Of a DNA stretch of 64,000 nucleotides, positions 38,553 through 49,593 are shown piece by piece. The notes beneath the pieces were generated by a model, which saw only the letters and a program-made list of their open reading frames with translations, searched no databases and was not told where the DNA came from. Source of the DNA: a virus; the IMG/VR virus record IMGVR_UViG_3300025876_000005, positions 72,643 through 136,642 of that record; one strand, written 5' to 3'. Every line of letters starts with the position of its first letter. Positions within the stretch are counted from its first letter, which is position 1. The translations under genes were made by a program, and so were the position numbers.

Positions 38553-39827
38553 ATGAAGGTGGGAAAACATACACTATTAATAGACGGCAACTACTTTGTC
38601 TTTAGCCGCCTTTTTGTTCTGCCTAAACCTAAGAGCGGTATGCTTCTAGGTGATGATAAACAAAAAGCACAGTTTATGCGTAAACTGTCAATTGACTTTG
38701 CATCTGAGATGCGCAAGCTTAAATGTTTTGTGGATGACGTTGTCATCGCAGTTGACTCTAAGTCTTGGCGTAAAGACCTATACCCAGAAGCAGAATACAA
38801 AGGTACTAGAAAACAAAAGAGTGATGTAGACTGGACTGCAGTTTACTCAATTTATGAAGAATTCCAAAAGATCATGCAAGAGCATGGTGTAACAGTACAT
38901 CAGATCAGCGGTGCTGAAGCAGATGATGTTCTCTTTGGTTGGTCAACAATGCTGAACGATCGCGGCAAAAGCTGTATCGTTTGGACTGGTGACCGTGACT
39001 TAATCCAATTAGTTAATCATTCAACTGCAAACGACGCACATACAATCTGGTACTATAACACTAAGAGAACTCTGTATGCATATCCTGGTTTTGTTGAAGA
39101 CATGGAAAAGTCTGCAGCACAGAAAATGGATAGAGACGCCATGTTATTCAACATGGGCGGTCAGCATATGCTTAGAGACGACTATCAGACTAGAATCTTA
39201 GACTGGGTAAAAGAAAATAAAGTTACAATTGAAGAAGTTGACTGTGATCGTTTTATCTTTACTAAGATGCTTGTAGGTGACAAGTCGGATAACATCCAGT
39301 CAGTTGTGACTTGGCAGAAAGAGATGAAGAATGGTAAGTTGAGAACTTACTCAATTACTGATAAAATGGCTGATAAGATCTACGATCAGTTTACAAAAGA
39401 ACATGCAGATTTTACAATTGACTATCTTTTTTCTACAGAGCACAAAGACGCATTATCCGATATTATCTACAGAGTTGTCGGCCACAGTAATACAAACTTG
39501 ATTAAGGCTGGCCTGACTAAGAATATTGCATTGATGTTGCTACATACTAGAACTATTCCAGATGCTATTCAGAAAGCTATCTTTGCAGCTATTGAAACTG
39601 ACTGGGAAGGTGCCTTAAATAACGTTGAAACTCTACTTAAAATGGACAAGATCCTAGCAGGTACTGATTGGCTAGAGAAGAAGCATAACGCTGGCCCAGA
39701 TGTATTTGCAGGTATGGATATTCCAGAAGAAGAGCCGGTAAAGCCAATGAAACTGGTTGGTAAAAAGAGCACGGACAGAGAAACAAAAACAGCACCTAAG
39801 ACTAAAAACTTAAACAACTTATTCTAA
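38553..39827 (+). CDS. rnh: 5'-3' exonuclease / T4 RNase H (FEN-like; start re-assigned from 38505)
   Basis: LIDGN, DSKSWRK..YP..EYKGTR, EADD, TGDRDL.Q and GDKSDNI. Confidence 0.88.
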   Translation: MKVGKHTLLIDGNYFVFSRLFVLPKPKSGMLLGDDKQKAQFMRKLSIDFASEMRKLKCFVDDVVIAVDSKSWRKDLYPEAEYKGTRKQKSDVDWTAVYSIYEEFQKIMQEHGVTVHQISGAEADDVLFGWSTMLNDRGKSCIVWTGDRDLIQLVNHSTANDAHTIWYYNTKRTLYAYPGFVEDMEKSAAQKMDRDAMLFNMGGQHMLRDDYQTRILDWVKENKVTIEEVDCDRFIFTKMLVGDKSDNIQSVVTWQKEMKNGKLRTYSITDKMADKIYDQFTKEHADFTIDYLFSTEHKDALSDIIYRVVGHSNTNLIKAGLTKNIALMLLHTRTIPDAIQKAIFAAIETDWEGALNNVETLLKMDKILAGTDWLEKKHNAGPDVFAGMDIPEEEPVKPMKLVGKKSTDRETKTAPKTKNLNNLF

Positions 39828-40003
39828 TGCATACTTTACAAGAAGAGATTACGATACAAGAGATTTTATCCGAAGCTAATGCTCATGGTTTAAGACTGGA
39901 AGTCAAAGAGAGTGCTGAAAAAATATGGAAAGAACGCTCATCCGACACAGAATTTACTTTACTGGATGCTTACCATTTAGCATTTTTAGACTGGATAAAA
40001 TAA
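39827..40003 (+). CDS. Small hypothetical protein (58 aa, not in the ORF track)
   Basis: MHTLQEEITIQEILSEANAHGLRLEVKESAEKIWKERSSDTEFTLLDAYHLAFLDWIK; TAATG-coupled. Confidence 0.6.
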   Translation: MHTLQEEITIQEILSEANAHGLRLEVKESAEKIWKERSSDTEFTLLDAYHLAFLDWIK

Positions 40004-40004
40004 T

Positions 40005-40433
40005 ATGTTAGACGAAACTAAACTATTTGACTTCGTAAAGATCATGTTTACGAAGCGAGATCAATTTTATAAAATTAAGAACCACAACAAGAAGCGCCAT
40101 CACTTTATGATTAATCGCTTCTTTGCTATTAAGTTCCCAAGTAACGCTAATCTCTTTAATCACAACGGGATCAACGGAGCTGCAGTTGTAGAATCATGGA
40201 GCATGGTCGCTATGCGATTTAAGTCTGTGCCCGGCTGGTGGTACACTAAAACTAAAAAGGCTAAGACCACAGCCAAGGATAAATATATTCCAAGCGAAGG
40301 TGCCGTTAGAATCTATATGGAGAAGAATGAAATTGGCAACAGAGAGTTTAAAGAACTTGAGCAGTTTGCCAAAGAAAGTCTATACGCCGACTTAAAAAAG
40401 ATTGAAGAGCAGGTTGATGTTTACTCAAAATAA
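40005..40433 (+). CDS. Possible clamp loader small subunit (gp62-like)
   Basis: FMINRFF...AN..N...W.TKTKK pattern, size, and proximity to gp44. Confidence 0.45.
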   Translation: MLDETKLFDFVKIMFTKRDQFYKIKNHNKKRHHFMINRFFAIKFPSNANLFNHNGINGAAVVESWSMVAMRFKSVPGWWYTKTKKAKTTAKDKYIPSEGAVRIYMEKNEIGNREFKELEQFAKESLYADLKKIEEQVDVYSK

Positions 40434-41067
40434 AGATACATTTTCAGAAGTTGTAGATATTACACTCTACAAGTATAACTCAATAGATTTAAAACTATGG
40501 GGCTTACTCAAGCGCCATTATAATTCTAAAGAGCTAGCTAAGGACTCTGTCTTGATTTCTGCAAATGATCTTAAAAATGTAGTTAACGAATACTTCTATG
40601 ATGATCTAAACATAATAGACTCAGTCGGTGAAAGTCTATTACACAAAGAGGCAACCACAATCTACTTTATTAAAAAGATTTTTGAGAATATGACTAGTCT
40701 TAGATGGCTTAAAGTCAATCTCAATAAGAACATGAGCTATAAACGCATAGTTGAGATCGAGCAGATTAAAACTATCAAGTTCAGTATTAAAACACTAAGA
40801 GGTACTTTCAGAGTCTTTGACCATTTTAACAGCCATCAAACTTATGTTATTAATAAGCTTTTAAATAAGATGGATCTGTTAAACTCAGGTGAATATTTTA
40901 AAGTGGTTAAGACTAATGAGTTAATGAACAAGATTGATAACTATCTTGTTGCAAACAACACAAATGAAATCTTCACTATACTCAATGCGATGATACAATA
41001 CTTTGAGGCATATGAGACTGATAACCCAGAAATACTCTTAATCACCGATATTGAGTCTGATATATAA
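40402..41067 (+). CDS. Hypothetical protein
   Basis: 221-aa ORF in the operon. Confidence 0.6.
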   Translation: MKSRLMFTQNKDTFSEVVDITLYKYNSIDLKLWGLLKRHYNSKELAKDSVLISANDLKNVVNEYFYDDLNIIDSVGESLLHKEATTIYFIKKIFENMTSLRWLKVNLNKNMSYKRIVEIEQIKTIKFSIKTLRGTFRVFDHFNSHQTYVINKLLNKMDLLNSGEYFKVVKTNELMNKIDNYLVANNTNEIFTILNAMIQYFEAYETDNPEILLITDIESDI

Positions 41068-41090
41068 ACAAAATACAGACTTAAGCCTCA

Positions 41091-43031
41091 ATGGTAAATA
41101 ATTTTACAGCAGACCAGATCGGTGATGTAATATATGCAAAGCTAGAAAATCCATACTTAAACGTACAAAGCGTTTTAAGCTGGACATCAGTTGTTGGTGT
41201 TAGTACACCAAACACTAGTGGCACTCTTAACTTTGTGGCTGCATCTACCACAGTTACTGGCACTAACACGAACTTGAGTTTAATCTCAGGAGATCAGTTT
41301 ATCGTAGGTAATGAATACTATACAGTCGACCAAGTAGTTGACGCGAATACGTTTACAGTTACACAAGCACCGACATTTACAGCAAGTGGTCTGACTTTCT
41401 ATTTACCAGAAGACGCAAACAATCTTTTTACATATCAATACCGTTGGTCACAAGGTGAAGAGCCTGGTGAAATGAGCCAGCTACTACCTTTGACAACTAA
41501 CAATGGACCATATGATCTACTAGGACTTAATTTTGACCCAGATCAACCGCTTTGGATTGAACTTAGGCTAGAAGTTGATAGACTAAGCAATGTTAACAAG
41601 ATAACACTACTTTCATTGACTTATGAACTAAGTACTGCTGATGGTACAATTATTAGCTGTCCAGAATTCTGTGGTGAATGTGTAGACCCATATGCAATGA
41701 CAGGTTGTGCAAATATCATAGCAGAATGTACAGATGAAATGTGGGACCCATATGCCTTAACTAAACCAACTTCAGTTTACCGTCAAATTACAGACGTTTC
41801 AACTGAAATGTGGGGCCATCCAGTAAAATACTTTAGAGTTGAGCCAGATGATCGTAGTCGTGACGTAATCTTAAAAGAGTATTCACTCTATAACGTAAAA
41901 GAGTCGGCTGAGTTAAAGATCATGGTGCCGGGCAACGAATTTCCAACAAGAGAGTTTAACTATGACATTTTTGGTATGGGCTTCGATGAGTTTGAAATCC
42001 ACCTAACCAAGACGCAGTTTGAGACAGCATTTGGTATTGGGCCAAGCCCACGCAGCAGAGACTATCTCTACTTTCCAAAAATGAACCGTATGTATGAGGT
42101 TAGCTCAATTGCATATGCAGATGAGTTTAATCTGGACCTAACTTACTGGAAACTAATGCTGCGCAAATATGAAGAGCGTACTAGCAATATCCATGAAGAT
42201 GAAACAGTAGAGCAAGAACTTGATGCACTAACAACTGGCGTAGAAGAAGTCTTTGGTGAAGAGAGACAAGAAGAATTCGAGAAGGTAACCAAACCAACAC
42301 AGTACAAAACTGTATTTGCTGAGGTCGGCGATGGTGTTAGAGCTAGACTACACAAGAAACTTACAATCTCAGATGCTGAATTAAGAAATCAGTGGACTGT
42401 AGTCTCTAAGAACAATTATGATCTAGACTCAACTCCGGATAAATCAATGGAACTTGTAGCTTACAATAAGGTTTCAAGCTTAACAGAGGAAGAGAATCTT
42501 GCAGTGACTATTTGGTTTAGACCAAAGTTGGTTGATACAACAGAACAGGTTATCATCGATGGCTATTCTAATCAAAATGGTTTAAAAATAACAACCAACG
42601 GCTCTAGCATTAAAGTCTATCTTAACAACGGTACACATATATTCGGTAGTGCTTTGGCACTTGAGAATAATGTTTGGTATGGTCTAGTCTATAATCTAAG
42701 TAATAAGTACAGACAGATGTCTTGTAATTTATATCGTCTAGATCCTAACAGCAACAGACAGGCGGCAAGTAATTCTAGTAAAACTTTAGTCTTAAAACTA
42801 AATCAAACCAAGTCGTTTACGAATGCTCGTACCTGGGAACCTACTAAGAACTGGATGTTACAGCCAGCGAAACTAGATGTGACTAACATTAGAATCTTTA
42901 GTCAGACAGTAGGCCAAGATCAACAGATGAATGTCTTACAGCAGTATGTTGTTAGAGACTCGCAGTTAGCACATGTAATCGACAATGCTATTCCTTCAAT
43001 TCAATTAAGAAGGTACAGTCAGTCTAGATAA
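41091..43031 (+). CDS. gp14: Neck/head-closure protein (gp14-like core) with extra N-terminal beta domain and C-terminal LamG-like domain
   Basis: WGHPVKYF...D.ILKE, FGMG, F....G..PRSRDYLYFP...RMYEV; C-terminal VTIWFRP...WYGLV...NIRIF. Confidence 0.65.
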   Translation: MVNNFTADQIGDVIYAKLENPYLNVQSVLSWTSVVGVSTPNTSGTLNFVAASTTVTGTNTNLSLISGDQFIVGNEYYTVDQVVDANTFTVTQAPTFTASGLTFYLPEDANNLFTYQYRWSQGEEPGEMSQLLPLTTNNGPYDLLGLNFDPDQPLWIELRLEVDRLSNVNKITLLSLTYELSTADGTIISCPEFCGECVDPYAMTGCANIIAECTDEMWDPYALTKPTSVYRQITDVSTEMWGHPVKYFRVEPDDRSRDVILKEYSLYNVKESAELKIMVPGNEFPTREFNYDIFGMGFDEFEIHLTKTQFETAFGIGPSPRSRDYLYFPKMNRMYEVSSIAYADEFNLDLTYWKLMLRKYEERTSNIHEDETVEQELDALTTGVEEVFGEERQEEFEKVTKPTQYKTVFAEVGDGVRARLHKKLTISDAELRNQWTVVSKNNYDLDSTPDKSMELVAYNKVSSLTEEENLAVTIWFRPKLVDTTEQVIIDGYSNQNGLKITTNGSSIKVYLNNGTHIFGSALALENNVWYGLVYNLSNKYRQMSCNLYRLDPNSNRQAASNSSKTLVLKLNQTKSFTNARTWEPTKNWMLQPAKLDVTNIRIFSQTVGQDQQMNVLQQYVVRDSQLAHVIDNAIPSIQLRRYSQSR

Positions 43032-43062
43032 TCTAGATATATAGCATATAAAAGCACAACTT

Positions 43063-43731
43063 ATGAGCGAAGATAAAAGAAGTATATCTGAGCAGGCAGA
43101 CGAGATTAGACGTGAACTTGATAATCTAATCGGTGATGAAGAGTCAATTGACGTTGAATCTGATCCAAGAGACCTGCCAGCAACACAGAGAAATACACAG
43201 TTAATGGCTCCGGCTAACTACGGTGAGATGAAAGCAAGCTCAACCAAGAAGGCCAAGAAGACCATTACAAGTCTAATGAAATTCTATCTCGATGCAGATA
43301 TTATCGAGAAAGATGAATATATTCAAGCCAAAAAGAAGATGGATGAGATGACAATGTCATCATTAATCTATCAGCTCCAAGCTGGTGAAAGAGCCCTGAC
43401 TACATTATTACAAACAATTGACAACGGTGAATTAGCACCAAGAATGTTTGAAGTACTTGCAACTCTGCAGAAATCAATGTTAGACATCATCAAATCTCAA
43501 ACCATGTACCTGATGGCAGCTGAAGAGGCTACTAAAAGAATAGCACGTGATATTGAGATCTATAAGAAGAGAGATGACAAACGTGAGATTGAAGAAGCCG
43601 GTGGTGACAGTAGCAGCAGAAACGTACAGCGTGGAACTAAAGATCTAATGCATGCCATTCAGCAAGGCATTAACCAACAAGACATTGAAGACATCGAAGA
43701 CGTTGAAGATGTAGAAACAGATGAAATATAA
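43063..43731 (+). CDS. Probable terminase small subunit (gp16-like)
   Basis: APRMFEVLATLQKSM resembles the gp16 PRA.EV motif; lies upstream of the large terminase. Confidence 0.55.
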   Translation: MSEDKRSISEQADEIRRELDNLIGDEESIDVESDPRDLPATQRNTQLMAPANYGEMKASSTKKAKKTITSLMKFYLDADIIEKDEYIQAKKKMDEMTMSSLIYQLQAGERALTTLLQTIDNGELAPRMFEVLATLQKSMLDIIKSQTMYLMAAEEATKRIARDIEIYKKRDDKREIEEAGGDSSSRNVQRGTKDLMHAIQQGINQQDIEDIEDVEDVETDEI

Positions 43732-43733
43732 AG

Positions 43734-44081
43734 ATGAGAAAAGTACAATTATTTGAAGGTTTTGTTAATGAGGACCCGCGTTTAAAAAGTTTAGGTAAGT
43801 CAACTTCTAAATTCTTTAAAGCTCTTGCAAAGGAGAGTAAAGAAACTAAAGATGCCTTTTCTAAAATCTACAGATCCGTAAGACATGGAGAAGAGGTAAC
43901 AGACGAAGAGCGCACAGAAATTGGCAATCAACTTAAAGATGTATTAAAGACTATTGGGTTAAGTGCAATAGCAGTTATGCCAGGTGGTTTAATTGTTGGT
44001 CTTTTACTCAAAGCTCTAAAAATACAAAAGATGGTTATCCCATCTAACTTCATGTACCTAGTTGACGAAAAAGAAGACTAA
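43734..44081 (+). CDS. Small protein with capsid-targeting-like N-terminus and hydrophobic hairpin
   Basis: MRKVQLFEGFVNE; IGLSAIAVMPGGLIVGLLL. Confidence 0.6.
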   Translation: MRKVQLFEGFVNEDPRLKSLGKSTSKFFKALAKESKETKDAFSKIYRSVRHGEEVTDEERTEIGNQLKDVLKTIGLSAIAVMPGGLIVGLLLKALKIQKMVIPSNFMYLVDEKED

Positions 44082-44083
44082 GA

Positions 44084-45913
44084 ATGAGCGATTACGTAGG
44101 AGATAACAAATGGATCCCAAAGGGTGAATCTGACATAGAATCGGACAGAATAGTCTGGTCTACTAAGCAGATTAATGACCTTTTATTGGCACTTGACCAA
44201 GGATATAGACCTAAAGTGAAGATGCCTTTCTATGAGGGTAAGCAGTTCCTACGCCGTGGCAATATTGTTTTTGAATATACTGATGCTGAGGTTGCTGAAC
44301 TAGCAAGGTGTGCCACAGATATTGTTTACTTTGCAGAGAAGTATGCTGTTGTAATGACAGATGATGGAATTAAGAACGTTAAATTACGTGAATATCAAAA
44401 ACGCATGTTGCGTAATTTCCAACATGAACGTTTTAATATAGTACTCGCGTCGCGCCAGATGGGTAAGACAATTACAGCATCAATCTATAATGCATGGTAC
44501 TTAATCTTTAATACAGATAAGAATACGCTAATCCTAGCAAATAAGTCAGATACTACAAAAGAAATTATTGATAAGACTAAGGTTGTTGTTGAGAACTTAC
44601 CCTTCTTTATGAAGCCGGGTATTATCAAGTATGATGTAATGAATGTGCGATGTGACAACGGTTGTCGCCTGGCCGGTCAATCAACTACAGCAAAAGCAGG
44701 TATTGGTTTTACTATTCATAATCTGTTTCTAGATGAGTTTGCACATATCCATCCAGCGATTGTCGATGCGTTCTATGAAAACGTTTATCCAACACTGTCA
44801 GCATCTAAAGTATCTAGGATCACAATTACTTCAACACCAAATGGTTTTAATAAATTCTATCAGATCTATGCAGCTGCGGAACGAAATGAGAATGAATACC
44901 ACCCGATGCGAATTGACTGGTGGGAACACCCAGATCGAGACGACGCATGGTATAATAGAGAGCTTGCGAATTTAGGTTCTATCGAAGCTTTTAACAGACA
45001 ATATGGAAATGAATTTGTAAGCTCTTCTAATCTGCTTTTAGACCCAGTTGATCTAAAGAAGATGCGCAAGTCAAAGACAAAGTATACGAGTAGAGAACTA
45101 GATCAATTTGAAGATATTAGCATTGACGTGGAAGGCTTCTTAGAATTCCACCCAGATTTTGACGTTGAAGAGTGTAGAACTGAAGATCGTTACTGGCTCT
45201 TTACTGTAGATATTGCTGAAGGTAACGGTGGTGACTTCTCGGTAATTAATATCTTTGAGATTCAACCGATGACCACCAAAGAGATTAATCTGGTGAATAA
45301 TCCAGGCGCGATGTATGACTTTTTTAAACTAGAGCAGGTTGGTCGTTTTAGAAGTAATGAACATGTGATTGAAGACTTTGCAAAGATACTTTATACTTTA
45401 GCAGTTGAAGTCTTCTACAACGAAAACGTGAAGATGATTGTGGAATACAATACTTATGGTACAGTCTTATTCAAATACCTATCAACTGTATTTCCACAAA
45501 GAAATGACTTTGACGATGAGATGATTGTAAGATTTAAACACAGACATGATTCTAGAACTCTTAAACCAGGTATTAAATTAAAAGCAGATAATAAAGCAAT
45601 ATTCTGTCAGAACTTTGCAAAATTATATAAGAACAATAGAATAAATATAACAGACGAAGAAACAGTACAAGAAGCTAGTCTTTTTGGTAAAGGTAGAAGT
45701 GGTGGTTATGCAGCTCAAATGGGCCATGACGATATTATCATTACTGCCATTACAGCGACTGAGTTTTTAAATACAACTGACTATGCAGACTACATTGAAG
45801 AACTACTTGACGTGATTGATGACAGTCTACATACAGAAATGGAAAGAGTACTTTATAAAGACAATGACGTACAAGGAGATTTACAATTCGATATTTACGA
45901 TCTACTGAAGTAA
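44084..45913 (+). CDS. gp17: Terminase large subunit (gp17)
   Basis: ASRQMGKT, LFLDEFA, ITSTPNG, TVDIAEG.GGD and GHDD. Confidence 0.95.
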   Translation: MSDYVGDNKWIPKGESDIESDRIVWSTKQINDLLLALDQGYRPKVKMPFYEGKQFLRRGNIVFEYTDAEVAELARCATDIVYFAEKYAVVMTDDGIKNVKLREYQKRMLRNFQHERFNIVLASRQMGKTITASIYNAWYLIFNTDKNTLILANKSDTTKEIIDKTKVVVENLPFFMKPGIIKYDVMNVRCDNGCRLAGQSTTAKAGIGFTIHNLFLDEFAHIHPAIVDAFYENVYPTLSASKVSRITITSTPNGFNKFYQIYAAAERNENEYHPMRIDWWEHPDRDDAWYNRELANLGSIEAFNRQYGNEFVSSSNLLLDPVDLKKMRKSKTKYTSRELDQFEDISIDVEGFLEFHPDFDVEECRTEDRYWLFTVDIAEGNGGDFSVINIFEIQPMTTKEINLVNNPGAMYDFFKLEQVGRFRSNEHVIEDFAKILYTLAVEVFYNENVKMIVEYNTYGTVLFKYLSTVFPQRNDFDDEMIVRFKHRHDSRTLKPGIKLKADNKAIFCQNFAKLYKNNRINITDEETVQEASLFGKGRSGGYAAQMGHDDIIITAITATEFLNTTDYADYIEELLDVIDDSLHTEMERVLYKDNDVQGDLQFDIYDLLK

Positions 45914-45971
45914 AAAACGTGAGTAGCACAGATATATAAACAAAGAATCTAAAAAAAAAGAACAAATAACA

Positions 45972-48908
45972 ATGGCATTAAGTCCTCAATTACAACAGTT
46001 CAAGAGCTCAGGCGTATATCGTCTAGAGTTCGACAAATCACAGACGGTTAATATTCCTTCTGAGACTATCAGACTAGTTGTGGGTCGTTCTAAAAAAGGA
46101 CCTTACAACACACCAGTCTTAATCGAAGATACTGAACAGTTCGTTCAAGTATTTGGCGGTATTGACAAGTCTTTAGAAAGAAATGGAATGTTCTTCCACA
46201 GATCAGCGCTTGAAGCTCTTTCAAGAGGCCCGATCTTGGCAATGAACCTAACTGCAAAAGACGAAAACGATCTAATCAACGGCGTTTCACCAGTAACTGC
46301 AGGTGGCGATCAAGGTCTAACTGCTGCAACTCTAACTGATGAGTTTAGCAAGGCTTTCGATACCGGTAAGTTCTGGGCACCAGATGATGAAAAAGTACTA
46401 GCACTAGCTGGTAACACAACAGCATCTTCAACAAACGCTCTTACTTTCGTAAACATTAAGCAAACTCCAATCACAATCATCGTTAGACAAGCTGCAAACA
46501 CAGACGGTTTTAACGTAACAGCAAGAGAGTGGTACGGAGAAGGTGAAGTACCAGAAGGTGTAGATCCACTAGAATACGTATCAGACTATATGATCGACGT
46601 ATTAGTATTCAAAGGTAAGTTTGATTCAACAGAATTAAACAACGATCCAGTTTACGGTGCAATGTTTACTAGCGATGGTCTTAGAAAAGATCTTCTATCT
46701 AACTTCACAGCACTGAGAGAAGTTGAGTTAATAGCTCAATACACTGGTTCAATGATTCCAGAATTCTTAGACAACGAAGGTCGTCAGCTTTACATCGAGA
46801 CCCTAATCAATAGAGAGGCTAGAAGAACTGGTCTTTTCTGTGCGGTTAATGAAGATGCAATTGCAGCAATAGACATGGTTGGTGTAGACTTTAACATCTA
46901 CCAAGACTACGAACTACTTTCACACTTAGTAGTACAAGAAGACGTAAATAACGGTATTGTATTAGAAGGTGGCGGACTTCCTGATGGTAGAATTGTTGAA
47001 ATCAATCCAGCAGGTGATATGATTATCTACGGTATTACTAAAGCACAACTTGCATTAATCGGTGTAGAAGCAGGAGAATGGTTATACTCAGAAATTGCAG
47101 GTGAATATGTACAGATTGACGGAGTTGAAGATAACGGTGGCTCTGATTCTACTCTAATAATCGCAGGTAGTGATGCTCCAAGCAAGTCTATCTACGAAAA
47201 CTTTAGCGCTGTAAGCATTCCAGCTGCATTTAACTCAGCTGTATTAAGTGTTAACAACGCCGGTGAGTTGGAAATAACAGCAGCTGGTGTATCAGCATCT
47301 TGGACTGCAGGCGGTGTAAACGGTACTACATTCTTACCTTCAGAAAATTCAGGTGAGTACGTTAAGATTGCTAACATCGATACTTCAGATCCTAATAAGG
47401 TTGTTATTTCACCAGACGGTAACGACGGCTTCTCAGCTTCAGTATACTCTGGACAGACTGCAGTTGCATTAACATCTTACTCAAGAGCTGTAACTGGTGA
47501 TACTCTTAACAATCCGTTTAACGTAGTAACAATCGGTGCAAACGCAAGAACAGCTGAATTCCCAACTGGATGGTCTTTCTTAGATAAAGGAGCAGGTATC
47601 TTCACGATGTCTAAACTAGTTGTAGCAGGCGGTGCTGAACCAGCATTTAACCCGAACTATAACCCATTAGATCCAGATAGCGAGATGATGCACATCAAAG
47701 TTGGTATGTACTTACCAACAAATGCAGATCAAGGCGATTTGGCTAGAATCAAGCAAATTAAGAAGTTAACACCAACAGTTGACGGCAACGGAGATACAAC
47801 TTACACATTTGAGTTTATCTGCCATAGAAACATGTCAGTTGAGCCAGAGTATGCTCTTAGATCATACGAAGAAGCAACTGAAGTTTACAAGATGTTCCCG
47901 ATCGAAGGTGCAACTCAAACTGATAAGACAATTGCAGAGCTTTTAACAATGTTAAAGCCAGGTAACGGTCTTTCTAATACTCTTATCGACAAAGACGCAA
48001 TCGACTTCAGATATGTTGTTGATACATTCGGTTCATTAGAAGCTGGTGGTATCTTAAACAAAGAAGAAATTGCTCAACTTTGTAAAGAGAGACAAAATGC
48101 AAGTGCAATCCTAAACGCGCCGATGGTTAAAGAACTTAAAAACTCTGAAAACCCATCGTTCATGAACGAGATCACTGGTGAATTTGAAACAAGATACGTT
48201 GGAACAAGTGGTAACTTAAATCTTAACCCAACCGCTCTATACACTCTACCTTCACTTAACGAGGGTGCAAACTTTGCATTCTACTACGGTCCAGGTCTAA
48301 ATGTACTAGAGAATGGAAGAACTAAAGTAATTCCACCAGCAGCATACGTATCAAACAACTACATCGACAAGTATTCTGACGCTCTACCATGGTCAATCGT
48401 GGCAGGTCCAAGAAGAGGTGTTGTAGGTGGTACTGGCGTACAAGGTGTTGAATTTGCGTTCGACAAGAATGACAGAGACGTACTTGAGCCATTTGGTTAC
48501 AACCCAATTGTATTCGAAAGAGGAGTTGGTATTGTAATTAAAGGTAACAAGACTGCTCAACAGTCAATCCAGTCAGCTCTTTCATCAGCTCACGTAAGAG
48601 AGGCAATGATCTACATCGAAGATGGTCTAGCTGCAATCTTACAAAACTACTTGTTCGAATTCAATAACGCACAAACAAGATTAGAGATCCAAACTCTAGC
48701 TGACAACTTCATGGAGTCAGTTAAGAAAGACGGTGGTGTTTATGACTATAGAAACATTATGGACACAACAAATAACACTAACGAAGTAATCGATAACAAC
48801 ATGGGTATCTTAGATACATACGTTGAACCGGTTAAAGGTCTTGAAATTCTTGTATCACGTGTTACTATTTTGAACACTGGTGAAATCGCAACAGGAAACT
48901 TTGCATAA
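45972..48908 (+). CDS. gp18: Tail sheath protein (gp18) with large central insertion
   Basis: SSGVYRLE N-terminus; PPAAYV, PWSIVAGPRRG, NPIVF..G.G....GNKT and FEFN C-terminus. Confidence 0.92.
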   Translation: MALSPQLQQFKSSGVYRLEFDKSQTVNIPSETIRLVVGRSKKGPYNTPVLIEDTEQFVQVFGGIDKSLERNGMFFHRSALEALSRGPILAMNLTAKDENDLINGVSPVTAGGDQGLTAATLTDEFSKAFDTGKFWAPDDEKVLALAGNTTASSTNALTFVNIKQTPITIIVRQAANTDGFNVTAREWYGEGEVPEGVDPLEYVSDYMIDVLVFKGKFDSTELNNDPVYGAMFTSDGLRKDLLSNFTALREVELIAQYTGSMIPEFLDNEGRQLYIETLINREARRTGLFCAVNEDAIAAIDMVGVDFNIYQDYELLSHLVVQEDVNNGIVLEGGGLPDGRIVEINPAGDMIIYGITKAQLALIGVEAGEWLYSEIAGEYVQIDGVEDNGGSDSTLIIAGSDAPSKSIYENFSAVSIPAAFNSAVLSVNNAGELEITAAGVSASWTAGGVNGTTFLPSENSGEYVKIANIDTSDPNKVVISPDGNDGFSASVYSGQTAVALTSYSRAVTGDTLNNPFNVVTIGANARTAEFPTGWSFLDKGAGIFTMSKLVVAGGAEPAFNPNYNPLDPDSEMMHIKVGMYLPTNADQGDLARIKQIKKLTPTVDGNGDTTYTFEFICHRNMSVEPEYALRSYEEATEVYKMFPIEGATQTDKTIAELLTMLKPGNGLSNTLIDKDAIDFRYVVDTFGSLEAGGILNKEEIAQLCKERQNASAILNAPMVKELKNSENPSFMNEITGEFETRYVGTSGNLNLNPTALYTLPSLNEGANFAFYYGPGLNVLENGRTKVIPPAAYVSNNYIDKYSDALPWSIVAGPRRGVVGGTGVQGVEFAFDKNDRDVLEPFGYNPIVFERGVGIVIKGNKTAQQSIQSALSSAHVREAMIYIEDGLAAILQNYLFEFNNAQTRLEIQTLADNFMESVKKDGGVYDYRNIMDTTNNTNEVIDNNMGILDTYVEPVKGLEILVSRVTILNTGEIATGNFA

Positions 48909-48944
48909 GAAACTAAAGATATATAAAATAAAAGAAAGATAAAA

Positions 48945-49502
48945 ATGGCTTTACCACATTATTCAGAAGACCAAACCAGCAAGAAAGGTAAGCAGTTCGA
49001 ACCAGTACAGGCTAACCTGTTTGAGGTAACTATTTTACCTCCAGCAAACGTATCGGGTCAATCACTGTTATTACAACACATAAACTCAATCTCGGGTTTG
49101 GAACAACTTCATAGAGAAGTTGCGGCAGTCGAGCAGAAGTATAAGTTCTCAACTAGATCTTATGCAGGTATGCCTGACAGTACTGCGATTGACGTAACAG
49201 TTAACTTTACGTTAAACCTAAATGATTCAAATCAAGCTTACTTGTATAAGACCATGAGACAATGGTACAGAAATGCATACAACCCAGAAACTGGTGAAAT
49301 GGGCTTGAAAAAGAATTATGTTGGTACTATCGTAATTGTTCAATTCAACAGAGAAGGTGACATCTTCAGAAAAGTAACACTTGATGATTGTTTCATTACA
49401 TCAGGTCTAGGTTTCACTGGAGAATTAAGCTACGAGACAACTGATCCACAAACTCTTGAAGTTACATGGAGAAGTGACGTATACGCTGAAGAATTAAACT
49501 AA
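48945..49502 (+). CDS. gp19: Tail tube protein (gp19)
   Basis: Follows the sheath gene; NLFEV, W....YNPETG and typical size. Confidence 0.85.
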   Translation: MALPHYSEDQTSKKGKQFEPVQANLFEVTILPPANVSGQSLLLQHINSISGLEQLHREVAAVEQKYKFSTRSYAGMPDSTAIDVTVNFTLNLNDSNQAYLYKTMRQWYRNAYNPETGEMGLKKNYVGTIVIVQFNREGDIFRKVTLDDCFITSGLGFTGELSYETTDPQTLEVTWRSDVYAEELN

Positions 49503-49521
49503 TAAGTATTTAGAATACATA

Positions 49522-49556
49522 AGGAGAGAGGCCTTAAAAAGCCTCTCTCTTTTTTT
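49522..49556 (+). terminator. Intrinsic terminator
   Basis: GAGAGAGGC / GCCTCTCTC stem followed by a T-run. Confidence 0.8.
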
Positions 49557-49593
49557 AAACTTGAAACATATTACAATACCAACATAATATACT

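Noticed and set aside
11951-45913. Inteins or self-splicing introns in polymerase, nrdA/B, helicase or terminase
   Set aside because: Protein sizes are normal, motifs are contiguous, and no splice-junction or LAGLIDADG/HNH signatures were noticed.
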